Assembly (NCBI GenBank): GCA_008369845.1
Contig: MRSU01001586.1
Location: 1 to 36,928, forward strand
Origin: Trichomonas gallinae
Lineage: Eukaryota
Length of the DNA stretch: 36,928 bases
Reading direction: 5' to 3'
Part shown: in pieces, positions 27,868 through 36,928 of the stretch
How positions within the stretch are numbered: position 1 is the stretch's first letter
How the letters are laid out: every line of letters starts with the position of its first letter
Made by a program: the position numbers and the translations under genes
The notes under the pieces: model-generated
Told to the model about the DNA's origin: nothing
The model's input: only the letters and a program-made list of their open reading frames with translations
The model's database searches: none

Positions 27868-30800
27868 ATGTCAGCGAAACCTCATGGGAAGAAGGTTATC
27901 AAGAAGAAGAAGAAAGTAAAGAAAGAGGAACCGCTACTCATACCACCTCCTGTCGTTGAGGCTGAGCCACAAGATTTTAACGAATTCCAGTTAGGCCCCA
28001 AATTAGGTCGTGGTGCATTTGGTTGCGTGTATCAAGGCTTAAATAAAGATACGGGTATTTATGTAGCCATAAAAACTATCTCATTAATACGCTTTCCAGA
28101 TGCTTTGGACTCCGTCCAACAAGAAATTTCGTTGATGGCATCTTTAGATCACCCGAATATAGTTAAATATATCACAAGTCACAAGACAAAAGACTTTCTA
28201 TATATCGTTATGGAGTTCGCTGAAGGTGGATCCCTTCAGAATGTCCAGAAAAAGTTCGAAAACTTTAATGAACATCTCGCGTCAAAATACTTATACGAGG
28301 TTCTCCTCGGTTTGAAATACTTGCATGAACAGTCTATCATTCATAGAGATATTAAAGCTGCAAATATTTTGCTTACAAAAGGTCATTGCAAATTATCAGA
28401 TTTCGGTATTTCGGTTAAATTAACAGACAACAACCAAAACCAAGATCCTACGGCTTGTAGTCCTTTCTGGGCGGCGCCGGAAGTTCTTTCAATGGAACCT
28501 TCTACAGAAAAATGTGATATTTGGTCGCTAGGTATTACTGCGATCGAATTATTCACCGGTCAACCACCATATTTCGAGTTAAATCCGATGAGAGCTATGT
28601 TCCAAATTGTACAAAACCCCGAGCCACCTCTTCCAAAAGATATCACTTCAAACTTCAAAGATTTTCTCACATCATGCCTTACTAAGAACGTTACTTTCCG
28701 CAAAAATACAGAACAACTCTTAAATCATATTTTCATATTAGAACATAACGGTTTACTTACAGATATCAAATACGACACCAAACTAAAGCGTTTCCAAGAA
28801 GACGCAAAAGTACAAAGCAACTTATTCAACTCGTCTTACATAACTGCTAGAATAGCAGCCCCAAGTACATTTAATATATCTTCAAACGAGCAATCCGATG
28901 AAGCAGGAATTTCTCCTCTAGCAGCACCTTCATCTGGCGGTAACAAAATACTCTCAAGCTTTTCAGAAAAAGATTCAGATGAAATGTTTGGAGAGGATCT
29001 TAATATTGCTCCGCCGCAGCCAGTGAAACTCTCTAGTAAATCTTCAAAGGGGCTATCGTTGAACAGTTTTACAGAAACAGATGATTCTGATGACGCATTC
29101 GGAACAGATAAACCATCCAAACCAATCAAACTGCCAGAAAATTATAACAAGCAGCGTACTTTAAGCATGTATAAAGAAAACGAAAGTGAAGATCGATTCG
29201 CCAATTTAGGCCTTAAGCCACCTCAGCCAGCAATGAACTACAGAACAACAACACTTTCTAAATTCCAAGAAAATGATGAGGATGATTTTAATTTCGATAG
29301 TGATAAGAAACCAATACAAAAGCAGCCATTAAAGCGTGGCCGTCCATCTCTCAGTAACTTTAAAGAAGATGATGACGACATGGATAACTTTTCTGATTTG
29401 AAGCCGAAAGAAAAACCAAAACCAGCTGTTCCAATCTTGACGAATGCATTAAAGCCAATAGGCAAAGCAGCAGGAACATTAGATAAATTTAAAGAAGAGG
29501 ATTCTGACGATTTTGATGATTTGAAGCCAGCGCCTCTTCAACCCGCTATAGTTCCAAAGCAAGCTTTGGCAGCAAAGCCACCATCCAAGCCAAAGAGTGG
29601 ACTCGATAAATTCAAAGATGATAGCGACGATGATTTTGGTGACCTTAAACCAGCTGCTCCAAAGCCTATATTAAAACCACCACAGAAGCCAAAGTCCAGT
29701 CTCGATAAATTCAAAGATGATAGTGATGATGATTTTGGAGATCTCAAAAAATCAGCACCAAATTCAAACAATGCGAAGCCATCCAGTCTCGATAAGTTTA
29801 AAGATGATGATGACGATGATTTTGATGATCTTAAGCCAGCAGCTCCAAGTCCAGCTACCCCATCAAGGCCATCATCACTCAAACCACCAGGTGGCCTCGC
29901 CAAATTCAAAGATGACGATGATGATGACTTCGGCGATCTGGATCCACCAAAACCAGCCAGTCCAACGGGCTATAAGCCGACAATCGCAATAGGATCTGAC
30001 GCTCCATTCCGTCCTGATGCAAAGAAGCCAACATTCGCAGCTGGTCTTCAATCAGGCAAGAAAGGACCGATGAAATTGATGGATAAAGGACCAAGCGGCG
30101 GACTTCAAATCCAACCTAAACCACCGAGCGGAGGGCTCCAAATTCAGCCAAAGCCTCCTAGCGGTGGCCTCCAGATCCAGCCTAAATCAGGCGGACTTCA
30201 AATCCAGCCTACCAGCCAGTCAGAGAAGCTTCACATCATGTCTAACACTCACAAACAACAGAAGAAGAACATCGATGAATTATTAACTGGCATTTTCTCA
30301 ACTGAAGAAGATAATGCTGTCCAGCGTGAAAACGAGTTGATGGACACTGTCCTCAACGATCTCGATCTTTTAATTCAGATCGCAGAACAATTCAAAGCAT
30401 CACACGAAGATGAAGACGATACAATGAGAACTCTGGATTCATCCGAGAACTTAATCGCCACGATGGGCACAAAGCGCCGCCCGAACGAGATCTGCGCGGA
30501 ACTCCTCAAGATTATCCAGGAAAACCCAAAGCTCAGAGCAAACCTCGGCGTCAGACACGGCCTTATTCCAATTCTTTCTGTTGTTCAATATGATATTCCT
30601 GACATTCTCGAGCACGCGCTTCCAGTCATTATCGAAGTTGTCAGAGATCAGCCAGCTCTCATGCGCTCATTCTGCATCATGGGTATCGTTCCTCCTCTCC
30701 TCAAATACGCTGAAGACTGGTTCGACGACAGAAGGTTCTATGGTCCAACTGTTCAGATGAACGCTCTCAAGCTCATCAGCTACATCTGCGCATTAGGATG

Positions 30801-32037
30801 CAACGTTGACTACCATCTTCTTCAACTGTTTGTTTCTGCAGGTGGTCTTCCAGGTCTCACTAATGTTTTCAGGAAGAATAAACACACTGAGAGACCAGAA
30901 ACCACACCAATACTTATAGGATGCGTCAGAAACGTTTTCATGGCACCAATGTCTACACCGAAGTCTGCTATTTCAAGAATTTTTGCACAGGCAGGTCTCA
31001 TAGATTTACTTGCCGAACGCTATGTTGATCTAGACGATGACTCAGACATGATTCCTTACTTAGCTGAGTTGTTCATTATTTTCTCTGAAGCTGATACAAT
31101 TGTTAGACTGAACATGGCAACACCTAAATTCATCGACGCTTTGTTCACAAAAGCAGAGAAAGTTGCCGGCCACGAGAACAAGCTCAAAGATGAAGTTCTT
31201 GTCATGATCACTCGCGCAATCAACAACATCACAATGGACCAGGCAGTTGCCAAAGCACTGTGGAACACCAAGCTCTGCAACAAGCTTTTGGATTACTTAA
31301 GAGTTGATCAGGCCGAAGTTTCAATGACACAATTAGTGTCTAACTGCTTCTCTGCTTTGTTCAACATGACACGTTGCATGACGCACAACGAAGCATCAGA
31401 GATCGCTCCCCTTATTCCTATGCTCGTTTACATCATCAAGCATCAATCTCTTCTCACCGAACTCGCCAAGACTGTCTTCTTGGATCTCATCAAAACACAC
31501 TCACATGACTCCAAGGTAAGACAACGTTTAATTACATACAATGCATTAGGTGTCCTTTATTCACTCTTCCACACGCATAACCACAAAGATCAGGTGCTGA
31601 ATGGATTCGAAACATGGGCATTGCAGAAGCCACAGCAGGTACAGGAAGAGTTGATGAAGCATGTCGACTTCCCGAACATTTGCGCTGAATTGATCACAAC
31701 GAGCGTTGGAACAACAATGCAGGCTGACTGCGCAGCCAAGATTTTGTCGATTCTCGAAAAATGCCCGCAACTCGCTATATCAATGTCATCATCAGAATTT
31801 GTTGCAACTCTGATGAAAGTCTTAAGAGGAAAAGTCTTCAGATCACATCCAGAAATCCTTCTTTCGACATTCAACATTTTGGCATTATTCGTTGATGTCA
31901 CACCAACACCGAAGTCCTTCTTCGCAACATACAGAGTCGATGAGATTGCTCAGAAGTACAGGAATGATAGTATCGACACTGTCAAGGAAGTTGCCATGAG
32001 ATTGGTAAGATCACTCGCATCAAATTACATTTTGTGA
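27868..32037 (+). CDS. STE-group Ser/Thr kinase, Cdc15/Cdc7(SIN)/SepH/MAP3K-epsilon-like, with C-terminal ARM-like repeats
   Basis: GRGAFG, VAIK, HRDIKAANILL, KLSDFG, SPFWAAPE, DIWSLGIT and GQPPYFELNPMRAMFQIV. The C-terminal helical domain (HGLIPIL, CIMGIVP, LQLFVSAGGLPGL) fits the SepH/MAP3K-epsilon architecture. Confidence 0.85.
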   Translation: MSAKPHGKKVIKKKKKVKKEEPLLIPPPVVEAEPQDFNEFQLGPKLGRGAFGCVYQGLNKDTGIYVAIKTISLIRFPDALDSVQQEISLMASLDHPNIVKYITSHKTKDFLYIVMEFAEGGSLQNVQKKFENFNEHLASKYLYEVLLGLKYLHEQSIIHRDIKAANILLTKGHCKLSDFGISVKLTDNNQNQDPTACSPFWAAPEVLSMEPSTEKCDIWSLGITAIELFTGQPPYFELNPMRAMFQIVQNPEPPLPKDITSNFKDFLTSCLTKNVTFRKNTEQLLNHIFILEHNGLLTDIKYDTKLKRFQEDAKVQSNLFNSSYITARIAAPSTFNISSNEQSDEAGISPLAAPSSGGNKILSSFSEKDSDEMFGEDLNIAPPQPVKLSSKSSKGLSLNSFTETDDSDDAFGTDKPSKPIKLPENYNKQRTLSMYKENESEDRFANLGLKPPQPAMNYRTTTLSKFQENDEDDFNFDSDKKPIQKQPLKRGRPSLSNFKEDDDDMDNFSDLKPKEKPKPAVPILTNALKPIGKAAGTLDKFKEEDSDDFDDLKPAPLQPAIVPKQALAAKPPSKPKSGLDKFKDDSDDDFGDLKPAAPKPILKPPQKPKSSLDKFKDDSDDDFGDLKKSAPNSNNAKPSSLDKFKDDDDDDFDDLKPAAPSPATPSRPSSLKPPGGLAKFKDDDDDDFGDLDPPKPASPTGYKPTIAIGSDAPFRPDAKKPTFAAGLQSGKKGPMKLMDKGPSGGLQIQPKPPSGGLQIQPKPPSGGLQIQPKSGGLQIQPTSQSEKLHIMSNTHKQQKKNIDELLTGIFSTEEDNAVQRENELMDTVLNDLDLLIQIAEQFKASHEDEDDTMRTLDSSENLIATMGTKRRPNEICAELLKIIQENPKLRANLGVRHGLIPILSVVQYDIPDILEHALPVIIEVVRDQPALMRSFCIMGIVPPLLKYAEDWFDDRRFYGPTVQMNALKLISYICALGCNVDYHLLQLFVSAGGLPGLTNVFRKNKHTERPETTPILIGCVRNVFMAPMSTPKSAISRIFAQAGLIDLLAERYVDLDDDSDMIPYLAELFIIFSEADTIVRLNMATPKFIDALFTKAEKVAGHENKLKDEVLVMITRAINNITMDQAVAKALWNTKLCNKLLDYLRVDQAEVSMTQLVSNCFSALFNMTRCMTHNEASEIAPLIPMLVYIIKHQSLLTELAKTVFLDLIKTHSHDSKVRQRLITYNALGVLYSLFHTHNHKDQVLNGFETWALQKPQQVQEELMKHVDFPNICAELITTSVGTTMQADCAAKILSILEKCPQLAISMSSSEFVATLMKVLRGKVFRSHPEILLSTFNILALFVDVTPTPKSFFATYRVDEIAQKYRNDSIDTVKEVAMRLVRSLASNYIL
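28951..29946 (+). repeat. About 10 copies of the peptide motif L.(K/S/N)F(K/Q)(D/E)-acidic-F.DL in the kinase linker
   Basis: For example LDKFKEEDSDDFDDLKP, LDKFKDDSDDDFGDLK (x2), LDKFKDDDDDDFDDLKP and LAKFKDDDDDDFGDLDP, plus more degenerate upstream copies. Confidence 0.9.
30091..30210 (+). repeat. SGGLQIQP(KPP) x4 coding tandem repeat
   Basis: Read directly from the translation; 33-nt and 27-nt units. Confidence 0.9.
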
Positions 32038-32693
32038 ATTAATTTATATTTATATTTATTTTTGTCTTTGTTAATAAATTTTCCTCATTAATGATATATG
32101 TATAAACAAAACAAATCTTTTTCAAATTAGGAAAAAAATAAAACAATCATTAATATATAAGGCAATCATTATATTATTTGATTTAAAGTTATGTACGTGT
32201 ATGAAACTCACAAAAATGAATTATTGAAATCTCAAAATTTTATATTAAATCATTCTATTATATTTAATTGAAAAATTAAAGAGGTTTCAAGACTATTTTT
32301 AATAATGAATGTTTAAGAAAACAAAGATTTTATTTTCTGAATAAAAAATCTTTGTTTATGATGTATGCATTTATGCAATATGATCAAACCATATGGAATG
32401 ACATTTATGTCGTTGAGAGATAGCCTTTTAGGCTGAATTTCTAGAGAATTTCATATTTTGATTGAATTTGATTATGAATCCTATATATTAGTCCAGTGAG
32501 TCATTATATTTCAATTACAATACAATAAAACACTTTAACACGCAATACAAAACAACCAACGTAACTTTAACCAATTTTTGAAAAAATTGGTAAAATTGAG
32601 CATGTTATACCCATAGTAATCAATTTGACTATGGATAGTCCTAAGTAGGAAGCTTAATTTTTAAAATTCTATATTTTTTTTGAATAATCTAAG

Positions 32694-33506
32694 TTAAGCT
32701 ACATCATCTCTGTCCCAAATGTCACTATCTGATCTTTGTAAAGCTTCTGGCTTAATATTATTGAAAATGATGCTCAAATCACATGTTTTCTGGAAATCAA
32801 TAAATATTGTATCCGGATTTACTTTGCTTTGGCCTCTAAGTCGTGGAATCAGGTTTTCTTTTCGTGCCCATAACGGAACAAACTTTCCATGTATCTCAAT
32901 TGGGTTATTTTGATAAATTTCATCATCGTTAACTAGGATACTACCTTCATCATCGGAAATTTCGTAATAATCATTAATCGTAGGCATATTGTTGAGTTCA
33001 AAATCGCGTAGAGAGCTTGAAGATGATCTTTCCTTCCAAGATGAACGAGAATTGACGGAAGAAGAGTCTTGGTATGATGAACTTTCGTACGTACATGACT
33101 TGTATGTGCTTGAATCGAACAATAAATCATCTTCTGATGGACTATTTATTAATGAATCGAATCCGCAGAATTTAATCTTTGTATTTGAATGTTTTGACGT
33201 ATTTTTCTTAATAGTATTCTTAGGATATGGTATTTTATTCACTACAGTTTTCGATTCTGATACTGAAAGTTGTGTTGTGTTTATATTTTCTTTTCCTAGT
33301 CTTCCAGGCTGTTTTCTTACAGGTTTTGGCGACTTATACATGTGTTTTTTACTGTTTAACGTTGCTAGATTGTCATCGAAAAAATCAAGTTGCGCGGAAA
33401 TCGATCTCAGCCAGTCAAAGTGGACGTCTTCCTGGTATTTAAAGTTAGATGCAGTCATTTGAAGCAGATTGTTCAAGTCATTCGCAATCCTACTTACTTG
33501 ATTCAT
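32694..33506 (-). CDS. INCENP: INCENP-like protein (IN-box/Aurora-binding domain), 270 aa
   Basis: C-terminal YEISDDE...GKFVPLWARKENL...Q..VNPDTIF...CDLSIIF...RSDSDIW matches the IN-box pattern. N-terminal HFDWLRSI resembles the INCENP N-terminal helix (LVWLEEI). Confidence 0.8.
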   Translation of the reverse strand: MNQVSRIANDLNNLLQMTASNFKYQEDVHFDWLRSISAQLDFFDDNLATLNSKKHMYKSPKPVRKQPGRLGKENINTTQLSVSESKTVVNKIPYPKNTIKKNTSKHSNTKIKFCGFDSLINSPSEDDLLFDSSTYKSCTYESSSYQDSSSVNSRSSWKERSSSSSLRDFELNNMPTINDYYEISDDEGSILVNDDEIYQNNPIEIHGKFVPLWARKENLIPRLRGQSKVNPDTIFIDFQKTCDLSIIFNNIKPEALQRSDSDIWDRDDVA

Positions 33507-33622
33507 CCAAAATAATAAATTTTTTAAATTTCAGATAATAAACGTACAGTTCATAAATAAATTTCTGAACTTAACGTATGGCTTCACAAAAATTGAAAAT
33601 TATCTAATGAAAAGTCCGTAAC

Positions 33623-34030
33623 AAAAATTGATTTGAAATAATCTAAGCCCTCTAATATATTTATCTATAAATCGCAAATTTAACAAATAAAAAAGAAAAA
33701 CTAAAAATATTAGAAAAATTGATTTAAAAATAAACCATGCCTACTATAATATTTATAATGTTCAAATATATCAATTAAATATAAAAACTAAAATCTTTGA
33801 AAAATTGATTTATAATTATTATAGCAATAATCTATATCATCTAAATATAACAATTATATAAAAATTAAACCAATTTGTCAAAAATCAAAGAAAAATTGAT
33901 AATAAACAATTTTGTATATTTATCTTTAAGGCACAAAAATAACAATTATATAAATTAAAATAATATTTTTTAAATATTGAAAAATTGATTCAAAAACAGA
34001 CTAAAAATATTTATCATATCTAATAGTTAT
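33623..34030. repeat. Degenerate AT-rich tandem repeat, about 89-bp period, about 5 units
   Basis: AAAAATTGAT at 33623, 33714, 33800, 33891 and 33980 (spacings 91, 86, 91, 89). ATATTTAT, AACAATTATATAAA and AAAAACTAAAA sub-motifs are shared between subsets of units. Confidence 0.65.
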
Positions 34031-34478
34031 GTATTTCATTATCATATATATATATAAAATATTACTGCGTTAGCTATCTAACAAAATGTTATCATTCTCT
34101 TGAGATTTAATTATATTATGATCCTATAATTTATATTTTCGATTTATTTTGGTTTTATTACACAAAAAATAAAACTTGCTAATTTTTTCATGTTATTTCA
34201 AATATAAACATAGAAAAATAAAATATATAGTTATTGCTATTTAGAAATATTTGAATTCGTATTTTTTATTTATCTGATTTTGATAAGTCCGAAAGATAAC
34301 TTTTTAATATCAATAATTTTCATTTATACACCTATAAAAGCCTATACACAACTATTCTATTATGAAAAAGCAAAAAATATAATTTGAAATTTGTAATTGT
34401 TCAGTAACAACAGTTTATTTTTATAGTATAGACATTTTATTGTCTATTAATTTGAAATAAACAAAAGACTTTATTATT

Positions 34479-36149
34479 TTAAAGTAATCCTTCTTCGGTT
34501 TCGATGTATTCGTCATTCATTTGACCGCCGAGGTTGACAGCTTGGAAGGCAGAGTTAGATTCGATCATTTCTCTCGCAGAGAGTGAAAGTTCGCAAAGAA
34601 CTTCTTCACCAACTTGCAAATCTTTTGTTGTTGCGAATGAAACGTCGCTTGGAAATGTATGGAATCTCTTGCAGCAAAGGTGCTGCTTAATGCGGTCCCA
34701 AAGATTGAATAAGACGAAAATTGCAGTGATAACCATAATTACTGGAGAAATGTAGTTGAAAGTATTGCCAATGAAGTAGACTTTGTCCATTGTACCCATA
34801 ACCTTTACGAAAGCACCTTCTGTGGCGCCAACTTGCAGCATATAATGATAACCAATTGTTGGGCCAAGACGACAGAGCAAAATTGCCCAGTAGTTAAGAG
34901 TATTTGCATTGGAAGCATGCGTAATGAATCGATAAAATGAGCCAATTCGAAGGTTAACTAAAGCCCATGCGCCGATGAACAAATAAAACGAGATGATTGG
35001 GAATGTGATGCATATCTGGCCTATGTAGCCTGGCATTTTGATCTTAGAAATTAAATTCCATACTGTATATTGTTGTTTTCCAAAAATCATTGGAATTTCG
35101 TTGTATATACAGATAACAATGAGTACTATAAGAGCTATATCAAAAGCACGTATCATAACCTTAGATAATGGGTTCTTAACTCCTGATTCGAAAGATTTCT
35201 TGTAATTTGCGAGAGCTTTCTCAGCGGCAGCTGCAGTGTGATTGACATAGTTCGTGCATTGATCGAGGGCGTGGGCTGTTTGATCCATCAAGCAGAAGAA
35301 ATCTTCAATGTTTGCTTCTGTGCAATTTGCCCAGTCAATCTTACGAACAGCATTGATTTTCCTGTTCGTGCATGTAGATGTGTAGAATCTGTCTGGAATT
35401 GGAAGCGCAGATTTAAGGAAAGAAATGTTTTCAGCGCGAGGTTTTCCTAAATCGAGAAAATGATTAGCCATTGCTCCCTGAATGTTGTCCTGGCATCTCT
35501 TCCAGTGTTCTAAGGCTGCATCCGCATCAGCAACTGCTGAAGCACATCTCCTTGTTTCTTTGAATAATTGATAAATGCTGCTCTTGTATTTGAACATCGG
35601 GTCTGAGTATCTCCATATGTTTAGCGGCAATTTAACAAACGCAAAGCCGAAAGCGAAGCAGAAAAGGATCAGACCATAAGCATTACCAAGCGCAATGGCC
35701 AAACCGAAGAGTCCTTGGACTGTAAGTCTCTTTGTAGCAAGCATTACGATAACGAATATGACTACAAGTCCACCAGCGATGCCGAAGAATATAAGATTTT
35801 CTCTTATAACCATCCATATACGATGCTTCATGGACAGCGTGTGAGAGTAGCTCAGCCATGATACGGCAACAGGAACAATTACCCATGTAAGTACGAATGA
35901 AACCCAGTAAAGTATTTCGAGTGAGATAAATAAGGCGGACGGTGTCTCCATATTATGTCCAAATAATTTAAGAGATATATCGTAAGGAAGGCAGCCTGAA
36001 ACGATGACAACAGGAATGCAAGCAGATAAAATCATGAAAGACGAAGCCCAAATCGGGTGCCTGAATGCGCCATACCACCAGTAGAATATGGCGACGATAA
36101 TAATTAGGAGCAAACAAGAAAATAAGCAGATAATACCTTGTCCGTCCAT
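34479..36149 (-). CDS. LMBR1-family multi-pass membrane protein (LMBRD2-like), 556 aa
   Basis: About nine TM segments in a 5 + large loop + 4 layout. Motifs LPYDI, YWVSFVLTWVIVP, RENLIF, ALGNAYGL, GFAFVKLP, LCRLGPTIGYHY, F.KVMG and FNYISP. Confidence 0.88.
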   Translation of the reverse strand: MDGQGIICLFSCLLLIIIVAIFYWWYGAFRHPIWASSFMILSACIPVVIVSGCLPYDISLKLFGHNMETPSALFISLEILYWVSFVLTWVIVPVAVSWLSYSHTLSMKHRIWMVIRENLIFFGIAGGLVVIFVIVMLATKRLTVQGLFGLAIALGNAYGLILFCFAFGFAFVKLPLNIWRYSDPMFKYKSSIYQLFKETRRCASAVADADAALEHWKRCQDNIQGAMANHFLDLGKPRAENISFLKSALPIPDRFYTSTCTNRKINAVRKIDWANCTEANIEDFFCLMDQTAHALDQCTNYVNHTAAAAEKALANYKKSFESGVKNPLSKVMIRAFDIALIVLIVICIYNEIPMIFGKQQYTVWNLISKIKMPGYIGQICITFPIISFYLFIGAWALVNLRIGSFYRFITHASNANTLNYWAILLCRLGPTIGYHYMLQVGATEGAFVKVMGTMDKVYFIGNTFNYISPVIMVITAIFVLFNLWDRIKQHLCCKRFHTFPSDVSFATTKDLQVGEEVLCELSLSAREMIESNSAFQAVNLGGQMNDEYIETEEGLL

Positions 36150-36403
36150 CTTTATTTTTTATAAACTAAAATTTTGAGGGGCTGAAATAAAAAAACAAGG
36201 GAATAAATTGATTACTTGAAAAGCTGAATCGAATTTTCCTTATTTTTAGGATGTATAATATGCAACAAATATAAATATTAAATTTGTTTTGATTTTTCGC
36301 CAAACAGATTTGTTTTATCATACATCATTGATGCTGCCTATAATTTTGACTCAGACTAATTTATAAAAACATATAAACCCTAGAGTATCTATATGCTTGA
36401 TAT

Positions 36404-36928
36404 CTAAGTATAAACACTGTAGGAAGTAAAACATGTCAAATTATATTTTACATTGTCACATTGAAAAGTGATGCTGTACGTGAAGCTGCTTGACACTTCA
36501 ACTTTTCCATTAGTTGAGCTTGTTACAGCTGAAATAAGTTTCTCCGATTAAATATCTATCATTTGGAGATGTAGTGACACTGAAATTTGGAGTCTGAGAA
36601 ACTATCAACGTTCCATTTATTATAGATTTAGTTGTATCTTTATTTTTAGCTTTAGTTTCAGTTAAAACAATACTGTAATTATAAATTGGACCATCTCCGA
36701 CATTTATTGGGACGTTGAAGTTTTTTTCATATAAATTTTTTGCATCAGTAATCCTTTCTGTCTTGAGAATTGCTGTAAATGATTTGACATCAATTTTATC
36801 ATCTACATCATATGATTGTTGCTTCCTCATTTTGATTGTAATATTCCCTCTTTACTGTATGATCGATTATACCAGGCTCGGTATTGAATGTTGTACTATG
36901 TGCTCGAAAACCAAAAATAACACTCTCT
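36404..36928 (-). pseudogene. Frameshifted relic (or mis-assembled 3' part) of a beta-rich, Ig/Bap-like surface protein gene running off the right edge
   Basis: The frame from 36927 reads ESVIFGFRAHSTTFNTEPGIIDHTVKREYYNQNEEATI and stops. A +1 shift near 36815 continues YDVDDKIDVKSF...YLIGET. A second +1 shift near 36536 gives ISAVTSSTNGKVEVSSSFTYSITF. The product class is inferred from the Thr/Val/Tyr beta-strand composition. Confidence 0.5.

Noticed and set aside
32989..33462. 157-aa + strand ORF opposite INCENP
   Set aside because: Non-ATG start and entirely antisense to a gene with a recognisable domain.
1..36928. Autonomous transposons, rRNA and tRNA genes
   Set aside because: No transposase, integrase or polymerase ORF, no long terminal repeats, and no cloverleaf or rRNA-like segment recognised by eye. 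tRNAscan-SE and RepeatMasker would be decisive.

Overview
AT-rich eukaryotic genomic DNA with intronless genes and short intergenic spacers. Gene content (BspA-like TpLRR protein, GP63, NTPDase), TCA(C/T)T initiator motifs close to the ATGs and TAAA overlapping several stop codons point to Trichomonas vaginalis or a close parabasalid (inference). There are 13 full-length ORFs: helical-repeat hypothetical, CFAP99-like, GP63/M8 protease, GDA1/CD39 NTPDase, small hypothetical, VPS9-like, BspA-like, TOG/XMAP215-like, SAM methyltransferase, Pro/Gln/Glu-rich repeat protein, Cdc15/SepH-like kinase, mini-INCENP and LMBR1-family membrane protein. A probable histone H2A start lies at the left edge and a frameshifted beta-rich gene relic at the right edge. 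The strongest unexplained signal is non-coding: TGACATGTAAA / TTTACATGTCA recurs in 19-21 bp phased arrays upstream of about half the genes, mostly in one orientation relative to the gene. Other points of note are two adjacent genes whose reading frames extend upstream with no ATG, a loose cluster of mitosis/cytokinesis genes with E2F-like sites, and a palindrome- and hairpin-rich GP63/NTPDase divergent promoter. All family calls come from motif recognition by eye; no searches were run.
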